DNA from: Camelus dromedarius
Lineage: Eukaryota
Length of the DNA: 64,000 nt
NCBI RefSeq assembly: GCF_036321535.1
Contig: NC_087436.1
Location: 120,344,001-120,408,000 of the forward strand
Direction: 5' to 3'
Shown here: positions 26,387-39,442 of the stretch, in pieces
How positions within the stretch are numbered: the stretch's first letter is position 1
Layout of the letters: every line of letters starts with the position of its first letter
Made by a program: the position numbers and the translations under genes
Notes under the pieces: model-generated
Database searches by the model: none
What the model was told of the DNA's origin: nothing
What the model saw: the letters and a program-made list of their open reading frames with translations, nothing else

Positions 26387-27281
26387 CACACACGGGTCAG
26401 ATCCAAATAGCCCTGCAAAGGCTTCGAAAGCTGAATGGGCCTGGGAACCGCCGTCCACACCAGCTTGACCACCTCCAGGTAAAAGCAGCGTGTTCCTAGT
26501 TCAGAGCCTATCGGGAGAGGAGACGGAATTGTTTTGTGTTTTCAGGGGGTGATTACCTGTGTTAACGCTTGTGCAAACCGGACACCAGAGCAAAGTGTAT
26601 TTTACTGTATTTAGACCTTGTGAAAAAATAATAAAAACAGCAAGAAATCAGTGCCCTCCCTGTGCTGGACACGGGGTGTTCCCGTGATGAATTTGTGGTC
26701 CTTATGAACCCCGCATCATGACCCCCTCGCACGGGCGAGGGCACGGGCTGACGAGGGGAGGCGTCTCCCCAGGACTCATTGCTGGGGTCATATTGCTGGG
26801 CCGGAGACCCAGGTCCACCCTGTGCTCTGCAGGGCCCGGCACACGGTGAGCTCACAGGGCTGGGCTGGGGGCTGGAACGATGGCAGAAGACCATCCAGCC
26901 CACGTGGCCACCCAGCATCCTGTCTGTCCAGCCCGTGCGCTGTGTGAGGACACGCCTGCCAGCCTGGGCCTCGTTCCTTCCCTGCGGCTGGTTAACCAGG
27001 ATCTTCTGCATCAGCGCTTCCCCAGCCCTAACTGGAGCCGCCCACGGCTGCCCAGCGCCCAGGTGACCACGCCTGCCCCCTTGGAGCTGGAGGCTGGTGC
27101 CAGCCAGCCTGACAGTGGTGGCTCTGAAGAGGCCAGGCCAGAGAGAGAGAGCCGCCAGCACACACTCCGCCTGGCCCCTCTGGGGTCTCCAGGGCTCCTC
27201 CTCACCTGTGGCCTTGCTCCTGCTGGGTTCCTGGGTCCCTAGCAGAGGAGCCACAGGAGGACCAGAGACCCAGCACCAGCC

Positions 27282-27420
27282 CGAGCTGTGAGACCTAGGC
27301 AAGTTTCCTCATCCCACAGAGCCCCAGTTTCCTCATCCACGAAGTAAGGGTGACGATACTGGCCTTACAGGGTGGCTGAGGTGGTGAATACGGTAGAAGA
27401 AGGGAGATCTGCATGGAGCT
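27282..27420 (+). mobile_element. MIR SINE
   Basis: gctgtgagacctaggcaagtt...gccccagtttcctcatc. Confidence 0.6.
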
Positions 27421-29130
27421 GGATGATAGGACAGGACCCGGAGGTTTTACACTGATTGATTGATTCGGTGAAATCTGGACTCAGATGAAAAGGCAGACCA
27501 GGGAAACCAGGGGCTTCCAGACGGACTCCTGGGTCAGGCGGGGGGTGGGGAGGGGAGAACGGGCAGAACCACGGCGTGTCCTTGTGCCATCTGGTCCTCG
27601 TACGACCCACCTCACAGCTGGGTGCACGCAGGCTCAGAGAGGGTGAGCACTTGCCTGCAGTCACACAGCCAGCCATGAGCAGAGCCGGGAGCACCAGCAG
27701 GATCAAGTGCTCTCTCGCTGATCCCTGGTGCTTTCTCATGAACTGTGGCAACCCAGGGGGCCTGCCAGAGCATTTTTTCAAATCACCCTCATCCTTGTCC
27801 TTCCAGAAAATCAGGTCCGGTTTGTCATTTGCTGTCCCCAGGTGCAGACACACAGACCTGTGGCCTTCCTGTGTTTTCTTCTCCAAACGAGGAGCTGACT
27901 TTGCAGGGCGGTGGGGGAAGGAGCGGATGGACGCTAATGCAGCAACACCGCCTGCCCGAGGCTCGGCCCCAGAGCATCGGGCGCCGCCATTACCGAGGGC
28001 GTAGCTTTCTCTACCTGAGTTACCTCAGTCGTCGCAGCAGCCCCTGAGGTTGCTGGCTCCATTCCACAGATAAGGAAATTGAGGCCCCCTCCCCAAGGTC
28101 GACCTGAAGCCAGCAGCTGGCAGAACAGAGAGGTGCACAGTCCCCAAGTGTGGTTGACGCCGCTGTCCATGGTCTGAGCCACCTGGTCTGCCTCCCCTCA
28201 TTGAGTCACAAGCGGCCCTTCCGGTGAGTGTGGGGGGTGATCCCCGTGATTTCTAGTGGGTTACAACCACCAGCATTTCTTATCACACCGTTGCTGTGGG
28301 TCAGGGGCTCGGGTGAAGCTGCAGCCGTGGTGTCGGCTAGAAGCCGGGGGTGATGGCTTCCGAGCTTGCTCACATGCGAGCCTCATTTTCACGATGAAAG
28401 CCCTGACGCTTAGAAAGGTTAAGTGTCTGACTCAAGAAAATACGACCTGGTGTGTCAGAACCAGTTGTCTCTCTTTCCACCCCACCCTGCGCCCTCTGAA
28501 AGGTGGGTGCGGCGAGGGGCAGCCTGTTCCTGCCCAGAAGGGTGCTTGCCGTGTCCTGGGAAGGGGGCTTGCTCCGTCCTTGGTGGCAGCTGCCATGGCC
28601 GGGGGCCCGCACGGGCTCCATGGTTCCTGCCAGGTGGACAGTGCTCTTGCTTCGTTCCTGCCCGGACCTCACAGGTGTTACTTAGGCCGGGGAGGGGGCA
28701 CTGGTGCAGGGGCTGTTGCTGGGTGCCCACCCAGCTCCCCAGCTTGGGCTCACCCCCTCTTAGCTCCTCGCTGTAAGAGGGCGAGGCCAGAGCGCCCACC
28801 TCTAGGGCTGCTCTTGTGAGCGGACGAGGGCTCGTGTGAGCGGTGACCTGAGTTAGCACAGGCTGGGGACAGTGCCAATCACTGCAAGCCATTAATACGC
28901 ATTATCCACCGGGAAATTCTCAATACTGTTGTGTGATTAAGAACCAGGGATCTAAGTGAAGAGAACCAGGTGAACCCCGCGCAGCACTTCCTGGAAGCCA
29001 CGTCCTTCTCACCGGTTGAGGGGTGATGAGAGGGACGCAGCCTCGCAGCCTCGGGGCGCTCCTGCTGCGGTGCCCGCGGGGGTCTCAGGCAGGTCCCAGG
29101 TGGTGATCTATGCGGCGCTGTGTGCCCAGT

Positions 29131-29149
29131 CTTCCACTAGAGGGCAGTG
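29131..29149 (+). promoter_or_regulatory. Candidate CTCF site
   Basis: CCACTAGAGGGCAG (29134-29147) fits the CTCF core CCASYAGRKGGCRS. Confidence 0.55.
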
Positions 29150-29534
29150 GTGGGCAGGAGCCACCCCCAGGTTTGGCCTGAGTGTGAACGTGGGTCCAGA
29201 GAGGGGGGAACCGAGGTCCAGAGAGGAGGGACTTGCTCAGAGTCACTCAGAGCGAGAGTTCCCCACTCCCCGGGCTCCTTGGGGCTCATCCCCGTGTCTG
29301 TTCACAGCGGGGGTTGAGGGGAGACATGCCGTGAGCCAGTGACACCTTAAAGAATCAAAAACTGAGGGGAGGGGACCGTCCCCTGCCCAGGGTCCCTGAG
29401 GACGGGGACTCCGGCAGCCCGCATTCCGAGGGGCCTGCCGCCAGTGCGCCCATCCTCGGGCTTGTCAGCTTGCTCAGAAACACCTTCATTTATAAGGGTG
29501 CGCACAAAAGATGGTTTTCATTATCCACCTGTCG

Positions 29535-29850
29535 CATTTGTTTTGATTACAAAATAATCCTCTTCTGATTGAAAAAGCAATACACCCTGAAAATACAGAG
29601 GGAGTATCACGGACGCTGAGTGGCCCGACCTCATCTCTCTGATGACCACAGAGAACATTTTTGTGTTTTTCATCCAGCTTTTTTTTCCCTCTAAAGAGCG
29701 TTTTCAAAGCAAACCTGGGCTCCAATCATCAGTACGCTTTGAAACCCCTTCCCTGGCCTTCTCTGGCCTGGCCTTGCAGAACACGTCAAGAATGTTTTCA
29801 TGTGATCAGTATGCACCCTGCCATGACATCAACAATCGTTGTCCAGAAAC
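29535..29850 (-). mobile_element. Ancient L1 (L1ME-like) fragment
   Basis: AT-richer stretch with ttctgattgaaaaagcaatac..gaaaatacaga and aacatttttgtgtttttcatccag. Confidence 0.45.
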
Positions 29851-31982
29851 GTCCCACTGTGGCCTGGGTGGGACCCCGGCCCTAGAGGGAGACCCTGTGA
29901 TCATGTTCCAAGAGCCAAGTTCAAGTCCACATGGCCTTGGGGTGTAGCCCAACCTCCTGTTCGTGTGTACAGCTGCTCTGCTGCTGGTCATGCCTGTCCC
30001 CGCCAGGCATGCAGCTCCCAGCCTCGCATTTGCCCGTTTACCTCTCTGGCTGCCGGGAGCTCTGCTGTCCCAGAAGGAATCAGCCCGAGCATCGTCCATT
30101 TAATTTGGAGATCCTGGCCGTGCGTGTCTCAGCCTGCCAGTCCACACTCACTGTCTAGGGTCTTCCAGCTTCTCGTGGGTCCTCCTCACTCAGAAGTGGT
30201 CATGCCCACCCCTCAGGCCACCTTCCGCCCGTCACTGCGTCGCTCACCCTGGGCCCCTCCCCCTCGTGGGGAGGCTCTTCCGGAAGAGCAGCCGCAGCCT
30301 GTCCTGCTCACTCTCGGGGCCCGCGGGCCAGCCTGGGGCTGCCCTCCTGGGTCACGGCTGCTGGGCGTGTGTCGCTCTTGGCTTTAGTGTTTTCAAAGCA
30401 AGATTTTCAAAATGGTCTTTAAGAGGATACATTTAGGACGCAGGGGATTTGTTTGTTTTTAAGTGAATTTGGGCTCCACAGCACCAGTCCCCACGGCAAG
30501 ACGATTTGCATGTCTCACGGACGTCTCACGCGAGTCAAGGCGTTTCCGATTCTGAGCCTATCGGGTCTGGGTGCCAGGAGGCGGGTACGAGGCTGCTGCG
30601 CCGTGGGGAGGGCTCTCACAGAGGACGGAGGGGAGACTCCAGCCCCACCGCCTGGGCGCCGAGGGGAGGGAAGATGCCCGCAGTCCGCCAGGTGGGAGGG
30701 TGTCTGCTCCGGAACCTTGAACCCCAGAGAGCTCCCAGCCCGGCCCCTTCCTGACTGCAAACGGGGAAACTGAGGCCCAAAGGGAGCTGGGTATTGTCTG
30801 CAGTGGTGCCAGGATTGAAAACTCAGGGCTCCTGACACAGCTTGGCCAGGTGAGAGGACCCGCTGGGTTAGGGGAGGGCAGAAGTCGAGTCTCTGGCAAA
30901 AATGATCCTCCAGACTCGAGACCTGAGTGGCGGGAAACCCCGCAGTGGGACCCCAGCCTGGCACTTCCGGGGGAAATTCTGGGCCAAGTTGCTGGGCCAC
31001 TCAGGGCCTCAGTCTCTACTCCTGGAAACGGGGACTGGCTGGGTGGGAGGATCCTTGGAATCTAAGCCTGAGTGAGGTGCCCGGCCCCCTGCTGGCCCTC
31101 GATCTGGGGGAGGGCTGCTGAGGAGAGAGGCTGGACCAGACCACCTGTGAGCCCCCAGCCTGGCCTCCCTGGGGTTAGTAACCCACGACCTCCCCTGGCC
31201 ATTGCATGGGGCCCTGCAGGTCTGCGTAGGCCTGGGGCCAGGCAGCATCAGGGAGCTTGCAATGGGGGGGTCCAGGAGCTCGAGGGTTCTGGGCAGGTTC
31301 TTGGGAACTGCACCACCCAGACTGGCTGCTGGGCCCAGGGAAGCGGGGGTCATCGCTCAGTCCTCGCAGGGCACCAGCTAGGGAAGCGGTGAAGCCCCCG
31401 ATGGCGAGGGCCTGCGAGAGCTCACCGTCCACGATGCGGCTGTGGGCCCTCAGCGAGCTGCCTGGGAGCGCTGCCCCGGGCATCCTGACCTTCCAGAACC
31501 GCCAGACGTCTGGCTTTAGGGGAATTCTCTACCTTCAATTGCTGGGAAAGAATCAAAGGTCTTTAAGCCCGGCACCTGGGGCCGAGGGCAGCTGACAGTT
31601 GGTGACACTCACAGGGATGTGATCCCTGAGGCCAGAGCTGTGGTCCCTACAGGCCGGAGGCGGGTGAGCCCAGGGGCTTACAGAAAGAAAGCCCAGGTTC
31701 TGGACTGAAGGGGCCGCCTGCCCAGCCGTTAGCAGGCGTCAGCCTGCAGTGTCGGCGCACCCGCACAATAAAAAGCAAAGAAACGTGCCAGGCACTTCAT
31801 ACCTCTTTCCTTCAGTCATTCGTTTGTTCATCCACAGAGGGGCTGAGAGCCGAGTGGCCAGCTCCTGCCCAGCCCCGAGGCCGCCTCAGGCCCTGCGCCT
31901 CCCGCCTCTTCTCCCGCGACAGCACGAGTCACTGCTGAGAGCCAGCGTCTCCAAGATGCCCAATAAAAATACACATCTGAGG

Positions 31983-32184
31983 TGTTTGTACGTGTATGTG
32001 TGTGTGTTTGTGCGTTTGTCTGTGCGCATGTGTGTGTGTACGTGTGTGCACCTGTGTGTGTGGCGCTGCTTCGAGTCCTCAACACTTACTAACTCACTTG
32101 TTTGTACGTGTACGTGTGTGCACACGTGTGTGCACCTGTGTGTGGCGCCGCTTCGAGTCCTCAACACTTACTAACTCACTTGTT
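31983..32184 (+). repeat. Two-copy tandem duplication (about 116 and 86 bp) with a GT-rich head
   Basis: Both units begin tgtttgtacgtgta and end gcttcgagtcctcaacacttactaactcact(tgtt). Confidence 0.92.
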
Positions 32185-32199
32185 CTCACTGATGCTGAT

Positions 32200-32325
32200 G
32201 AGCTGGGCCAAGTGTCTAGTGTTCTTCCATTTCAAAGACAAGGAAAGGGAAGCACAGAGAGGTTAAGAGACTTGCCTCTAGTCACACAGCCGGTCCTGGA
32301 AGCCAGGGTCCTGACCCTAGCGGCT
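32200..32325 (-). mobile_element. MIR SINE
   Basis: gaagcacagagaggttaagagacttgcctctagtcacacagc. Confidence 0.65.
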
Positions 32326-32423
32326 CCAGGGTCTGTGGAGGATTAGGGGAGGTGTGTCAACCACAGGCCCTAGGTGACTCTGCCCACGTATTTGAATGTC
32401 TGAGGTTAGATGTGTCGTTTGGG

Positions 32424-32595
32424 ACAGGGGTGCTCAGACTTGCCTGATGACAGGAGCCACTGGGGAACTTGTTAAAAATCCAGATTTCTTGGCCCTTCCC
32501 CAGAAGGTGCTGATGTAGTGGGTCTGGAGTCGAGAATCTATAACTTTAAGGACACCCCAGATGACTGGTGAGGAGCCAGTTTGGGAAACGTTCTC
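32424..32595. mobile_element. MER5-type hAT MITE
   Basis: caggggtgctcagactt...ggaacttgttaaaaatccagatt..ggccc...ccagtttgggaaac. Confidence 0.65.
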
Positions 32596-34222
32596 TCTGG
32601 ACACCCTCTGAGACCCAGTGCTGGCCTCACACCGGGCCCAGCACACAGCAGGTGCTCAGTAAATGTTTGCGACAGAAATCTGGCCCCAGCAAGAGTCACG
32701 AGCGCTCCTCAGCCCAGCTAAGGGGTGGCCTAGCAGCTGTCAAGGGCCAGCCTCCCTCCTCTCTGAGGCACAGGGACAAGGGAGGTGGCACCCGACCCCC
32801 CGTGTCCCCAGAGCCCCGGCACACACCAGACCCCGTCGCCAGCGGGCAGCCCCTTCCCGCCCTGCTCTGGAATGCTGAGCCAGGATTGCTGACTTCCGAT
32901 GGCTGATAAGTAGGAGGAAGGTCAGTGGAGCCGACTCGGCCCCTTCCCGGAGGGCTGGGCTGGCCGAGGGTGCAGCCAATGACCCGGGCTGACCGCTCAG
33001 GCCACCTGATTGTAGCCTGGAGGCCGGGCTGGCTGAAAATGTGCACCTTCCTGCCCGGAACAGGCACTGCACGGCGGGGACCATCCTGAGGGGCCCGGAG
33101 AGCCTCCCTCTTCCCTTCCTTGGCCGGGTAAGTTCCTGTCCCCTGGCTGGTCTGTTCCAGGGGAAGCCGTCCCTTCGAGGCAGCCCTCAGCCCCGAGTGT
33201 GCCGAGAGTCACCTTCCGGGACAGGTGAGACCGCGGGAGGGTGTGTGGGGGGTGCATCCCGAAAGCGGCCTGGCCAGGCAGCAAGAAGCAGGGCAGTGCT
33301 CAGGTAGTCTGAGAAAGGGGCCAAGAGCTGGTGGTGAGGCTGGATGTTGGCAAGGAGGCAGTTGTGAGGCAGGGAGGCGCCTTCCCACGGGTGGGGGGAA
33401 GGGAGGGCTCTGGAGGGCCCAGTAGGCAGCAGCCCTGGGCGTTCTGGTCGTTCTGATCTTGGCTGAGCGGCTAGCAGTGAGTGACTCAGTTTGAGTGTCT
33501 GCAAAATGAGACCGTGTTGGGGCTTCGTACAGTGTCCACAGGCGGTCAGGGCTGCAGCCCAGGGCTCGTGACCCTGGAGGGAAACAGGAGCCATGGGCCT
33601 GGAGGCTGGGGGCTGGGTCCTGGCTTTCCCTTGCCTCTAAGTCTGCCCCACCTTCCCTGGACATCCCTGGGGCCCGCCCCTCGTTCCTCAGCAGTGGGCC
33701 TGTGCTTGGGTTTTGAACGGGGAGGGGGCGAGAGGAGACGGACAGGCTGTAGGTGCAGCGGGTAGAGAGGCTCTGTCCCTGCTGTCCTGGGATGCACAGT
33801 GGACTTTGCGCAGACTGGCCCGGAGGTGAGGGGGCAGCCCTGTGGCCCGGGAGAGGCGGGACACCTCTGAGCCTCCCTTACAGTGAGCCTAGTGACCCTC
33901 CCCCTTCCCCTACAGGGGCTGCGGTGCCGCCCCGGCGGAGTGTTGTTTACAGAATTCTCAGCTGATCTTAGGAGGGACCCGTCCTCACCCTCTGTTTACA
34001 GAGGGGCCCCGAGGTCACTGGCAGGCAGCAGCTGGAGCTGGGGTCTCCTCCAAAGGCCTGCCTTGGTTTCCTGGTGCTTCAGGGACGGTAAGGGGAGCCA
34101 GGCTTGGGAGGGCTGGCCCATGGCCACACAGCAAGTCCCTCTGGGACATCTCCCTCCGGCGTCTTTGGGCCCTAATTCTTCTCTCCACACACATCCAGAC
34201 TGTTCCACCTTACCAGGCCTTT

Positions 34223-35800
34223 AAAAAAAATAGATTTGATTATTAAGAACAGTTTCGGATTTACAAAATAATTGCAAATACAGCACAGAGAGCTCTCGCG
34301 GCCCCGAGCCAGTCTCCCCTGCCACTAACATCACACAGCAGTGAGGTACGTTTACCACCACTTAGGAACCAATGCTGGTTCGTTATTATTAAGGAAAACC
34401 CCTATTTTATTCAGGTTTCCTTGGTTTTACCTAATGTCCCCTTTCTGTCCCAAGACTGCGTCCAGGACACAGGTGACATTTAGTCAGCGCGTCTCCTCGG
34501 GCTCCTGGGCTGGGACTTCCCTCGTTTTGGTTTTGTTTTGAGGAGCTTGGTTGTGTGTTTTGTAAAACGTTCCTCAGTCAGGCCTTGTCTGCTGATAGCT
34601 TGTGGTTAGACAGAGACCACGGGTTATAATCAAACACAAACTAATTGGGGCCCAAGTTTTTCCAGCTTTGGCCACTGGGAGCTCCTTCAGTTGGCCCCGT
34701 GTCCCTGCGACATGCCTGTCATTGTGGGACTTCATTCTTCATTCATTCATTCATTCTGTACACCCTTACTTTCCTGGCACTACGAGCCCGTTCGCTGTGC
34801 ATACTTCCTGGCCCAGTCCTAGGACGAGACATTCCCTCAAGAGTCCTGACTCCTCTTATAGGAGAGAGCCTGCGACGCCGACATTCACCTGCACTCGTGT
34901 GCTTGCTGCTACCTGGGGGTCTTTCCTTTTAGGCCCCCTCAGCTGGCAGGACTGGGGGCTGTACGTGCACATGTACCGTGTATAACCCGTGTATATGAGT
35001 GTACCGTGTGCACACGGATCCGTGTGTATGCACTTATCTGTGAGTTAGTACGTATATATGTGTATACTAACCTGTGTATATACACATACGTAGTGTTTCT
35101 TTCATTTTTATATCTATTTATATTTTTAAAACTTTATTTATTTTTTGAAGGGGAGGAAATTGGGTTTATTTATTTATTTACCAATGTTTTTTAATGGAGG
35201 CACTGGGGATTGAACCCAGGACCTTGTGCGTGCTGAGCCCGCGTCTACCCCTGAGCTGTGCCCTCCCCCAGCAGGTGTTTCTACAGGTACCGTGTACATC
35301 TGAACCAAGCGAAACGCGACTTCACCCTGGTGCCTCCACCTCTGAGCCGTCACCCCCGACTCACCACCCACCACCCATTTACGGAGCGGTCCTCGCTCCC
35401 CTGCTGGTTGCACTGAGGGAGCACAAGCCTCTGTAACCCAGGGCCCCTGGGGAGTGGGACCAGCCAGAGCCCCGGGCACTTGTGAGTGTCCTCTCAGCCC
35501 AGTCTTCAGGCTCCGCCTGGGGCCGCGCTGGTGGGCAGGCACCACTCCCCTCCCTTCAGTGAGGCTGTGTCATATGTTTGGAATGAACACAGTTCACCGT
35601 TTTGACACACCCTGCGTCCATCCTGGGAATCCCCGTCCTCAATTTTTAAAATTTGCACACATTAGGGTTTGCTTTGTGCTGTAAATTTTAATGTCTTTTA
35701 ACAAACGCACAGTGCCAGGTACCCACCACCCCGGAGTCACAAGGAGTTTCACCGCCCGGAGAAGCCCCCTGTCCGTCCCCTTCTCGGCCATCCAGTGCAG
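34223..35800 (-). mobile_element. Old L1 3' end (L1MC/L1MD-like), interrupted by a SINE and a GT/AT-rich simple repeat
   Basis: aagaacagtttcggatttacaaaataattg, ttattattaa, tttacctaatgtccc, cattagggtttgctttgtgctgta, agtttcaccgccc. Confidence 0.75.
35101..35269 (-). mobile_element. Vic-1-type tRNA-Ala-derived camelid SINE inserted into an L1
   Basis: Reverse complement gives GGGGAGGGCACAGCTCAGGGGTAGACGCG...GGTTCAATCCCCAGTGCCTCCATTAAAA plus an A-rich tail. Candidate TSD gtgtttct at 35093-35100 and 35275-35282. Confidence 0.88.
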
Positions 35801-36504
35801 CCGGCTTATTGCTCCTTCCACTTTCTTTTTATAACCATGAGCAAATAGGAAGGTATCCCTCTGCAGAACACCAAAGGCAGCAGAGCATCTTGCTTTTTTT
35901 CCCACTTAATGTGGCTCAGAGATCTTGCCCGGGCTGCGCCCGGAAACCGGCCTCATGCTGTCGGGTGCGAGTCTGCAGCATGATTCATTTGACACCTGGG
36001 TTACTGCCAAGGTGTCACTGTTACATTGAGTCCTGCCCCGTCGGAGCCCTGTTGTCTCAGAAGTGGGCGGTCACCTGCACTGCGATCCCAGAGGTGGGGC
36101 CGCCAGCTGAAGGGTGAACACTGCGGTTTTGCAGGCCTGGTGACCCGCCCTCAGGCCGGCCCCTGCGCTGCTCTCCTCGCAGCCCTCGGAGCTGCGCTGG
36201 CAGGCACGGGGCTGCGGAGCTGGGAGGTGACAAAGGGTCTCTTGGGAGCAGTTAGCACTTCTGGTTGGGAGGGACTGTGCACCACTTCATATATTTTCAG
36301 GACCTGGACAGATAGGAACGGTCTGCTCCCAGCCCTCACTGTTTTCTTAGAGTCATCGGTCCCTTCCCCCAGGGCACTGAATGGGGGTCGATGGCTCAGG
36401 TGCAGTTTAATGAAAAATAGCTGCTGGCAGAGGGCCGGGTCCAGCCTGACTCAGAGCCAAAACCTGCCGCAAATTTTGTTTGTTGAAAATTAACAGTAAA
36501 AGAA

Positions 36505-36960
36505 CTGAAAAACACAGCAGACAAATCCCAGCTCTAGTACATTCAGCAAAAATACCTGGCGGGTCCTCAAAACCATCAAGGACATGAAAAACATGGAAAA
36601 TCTGAGAAAGTGTCACAGCCCAGAGCTGCCTAAGGAGAAAGATTCCTGAGGATGCAATCTGTCCCCAGTGGGCTCTGGGGACAGACACGGACACGAGGGA
36701 GAAACCAAGGAAGCCAAGTGAGGCAGGAACTTTGGCTAATAGTGATGTATTAGCGTTGATTCATCCATTGTGATGAAACGTGCCTTAGTCACGTGGGACG
36801 GCGGTGGGGGAGCTGGGCGTGGGTGCAGGGGAGTGTCTGCACAGTCATCGCAACCTTTCTGTAAGCCTAAAACTGTTTTAAACTAAGAAGTTTAGTTTAA
36901 AAAAACAACAGAAGAAGAGCCACTGAAACAATACAAAACGAAACAAAACAAATAAAAAAA
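36505..36960 (+). mobile_element. Old L1 3' end (L1MC/L1MD-like) with A-rich tail
   Basis: cctcaaaaccatcaagg, ctgagaaagtgtcacagcc, gcaacctttctgtaagcctaaaactgttttaaa followed by A-runs. Confidence 0.75.
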
Positions 36961-37934
36961 GAGCCACTTAAATAAGTGGAGGGACCAGAGGCTGTGCCCC
37001 GAAGCTGCCTGGGTTCAGACCCTGAGCATGGAGTCTGAGGGGCTGGTTTCTTGGTCCATGTGTCACTGAGAAACTCTTTAACAAGTCACGTACACCCAGG
37101 CCCCCATCTGAAACCTCGGCACCATCTCATAAGACAGGACTGTAGTCCCGTGCCGTGGTCAGAGTGACGGAGGCTGAGAGAGCTAAAATAAGTTACCCAG
37201 ATCCCCTGTTAGCTAATGGCCAGTCTGAACGAGACGTCAGCAGAGAGCCCACCACGTGTCGGGCACCAGGTTAGAGTCTGCTCATGGCTGGCTCTGATGG
37301 TGGGACCAGAAGGAGCCGTTCATTCCCCTTCTTCTAATCTGGGACGGCTCCCAGAGGAGGTGGTGGTCAAGCAGGGTTTGGTAGGATGCGTAAGAGTTTG
37401 CCAGGCAGCCCAGGGGAAACAGAAGGCATTTGGGGCACGGAAGCAGCCTGAGCCAAGCCCGCCTCGACAAGAAATGGCCAAGGGTGGTGATGTGCAGACA
37501 GCTCCCTTCTTCCTGCAGCATGACTGGGTGTGTGGGGTGGGTGATGATGGGAGGCCAGAGGCAGAGGGCTCCCAGGCCTCTCCTGCCACCTGTGTCCCTG
37601 CTTCTCCTGCAATTTCATGTTTTGGGAAATCCCTGGGCCTCGCCTGCCTGTCCCTTAGTTTCATGATTAGAGGCTAAAATCCAGACAGGAGCTGGGGTGG
37701 GAGGTCCACTTTGGCAGGAGCCCAACAGGCCTCCCATGAGCCCACCACTCACGGCCCCTGTCCCTGAACTTTGGTCACCAAGGTCCCCAGCCTTGATGGC
37801 CTTTGTCCTCTTTTGGTCACTGTTGCCCAGACGTGGATGTCTTGATGAGATTTGTCACACATCCCTGCCCCTTGGCTACCTCAGGACCACATTCCTGCCC
37901 CTTCCTGGTAAGGGACAACAGGAGCTAGCTGGGC

Positions 37935-38340
37935 ACCTGTTAGTCATTCAACAAATGCTTGCAGACTGCCCCAACAATGGGTCCTCGAGTGTGAACCTAC
38001 TGGCAACCTAGATGGAGACCCAGTTACAGCACAATGTGCTCAGGGCTCTTGGGGCTGGGGGAGGACTGGCTTGTCCGCATCAGCAAGCCCCCAGAAGGAG
38101 GCAAAGTGGGAGGGAGACTTGGGAGACAGACAGGAGTTTGAGGTCAGAGCCTGGAGGAGAAGGTGACCAGGAAGAGGACGTGCAAATGTGGGGGTGTGGG
38201 TGACACTGAGGGGCAGACGGCTCTAGAAGTCCTCGACCTTTGCACTCACACCTAAGGGTGAGTGTAGACAGAGACATAGCAAGTGAGGCAGGAGGAAGGC
38301 ATGGTCAGTGGGCAGAAGAGAGACCCTGAGGAGCCAGTGA
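37935..38340. mobile_element. L2 3' fragment
   Basis: gtcattcaacaaatgctt followed by purine-rich L2-like sequence. Confidence 0.4.
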
Positions 38341-39442
38341 GATGAGGATGGGGACCGACCATCCATCAGAGTTAGCAACACAGAGGTGCCGGCGGCCGGG
38401 GTGAGGGCAGGTTCAGGGAGCGGGGTGGGTGAGGTGAGGTGAGGAGGTTGCACAGAGCTGACCAGGGTGGAAGGCTCTGGAAGATTTGCTGGGAAAGGAG
38501 CAGAGATGACAAGTAACCAAACGAGTGAAATTGGGCCTCAAATGGGTTTGTGCCCCCGGAGCCGGCATCCCCCACGTGCAGTCCCCGCGCAGCTCAGAGC
38601 GACACTGAAAGGGTGTCCTGTGGAAATTCCCACCTGAGTTCTCCTGCCCTCTCTCGGCCTGCGGTGACCTGGGCCCTGTTTCCAGGGAGGTGGGTCTTGG
38701 CTGAGAGGACTGTCGCTCCCCCGAGAGGCCTTTGGGGAGTGTGTGCTGGGGCTGGGTTAACGTTTGCACAATCGAGTTCAAGATCCACCCCCTGATGACT
38801 GGGCTTCGAGAATGTCCAGAATTCCAGCAGAGTTTCCCCACCCTGGTCTGGAATGAGGGTGCTCTGGGGAGTCGGGGCCAAGGGGATTAGGGTGTCCCAG
38901 GGTCGCATCTATAAGCTTTGGCAACTTCCCAGGCTCCCAGGGAAGGCAGCAGCCGGAGTCACACGCGGGCACCCAGCCTGGGAGCTGCTGCTCCGTTGTC
39001 CCCTCTAGGGCCCCCTCCTGGTCACCCCACCACGCATGGGCAGATGGTCCTGCGGAGCGGGGCGTGTGTGTCCTATGATGGGAGGGACCCCTGAGACATG
39101 GCCACTCCCGGCTGTGTGGCCACTCAGAACCTCCTCCCTCATTTTTTAAAGGAGGGGCCTGCTTTGAACTGGTGGGCAGGTTGGGGCCCCTCTGAGGATG
39201 TGACAGGGAGATGTACCAGCCCAGGCCTCCCTCCCCTGTTTATCCTTTCCCACCAAATCCCCCCAGGTGCCCACATTGTGCTATTTGGGATGTTGACGAG
39301 GAGCACCCCTCTTCTGCAAGCAGAGGAGTCCCTGGCACAAATACAACCAGGACCCAGCCTTGTCGCGGGCCGAGGAGGAGTGACGGGGCAGCAGAGCCAG
39401 CAGTTCCCGGCGAGGGCGGCGCCCGTCCGGACAGAGCCGGAT

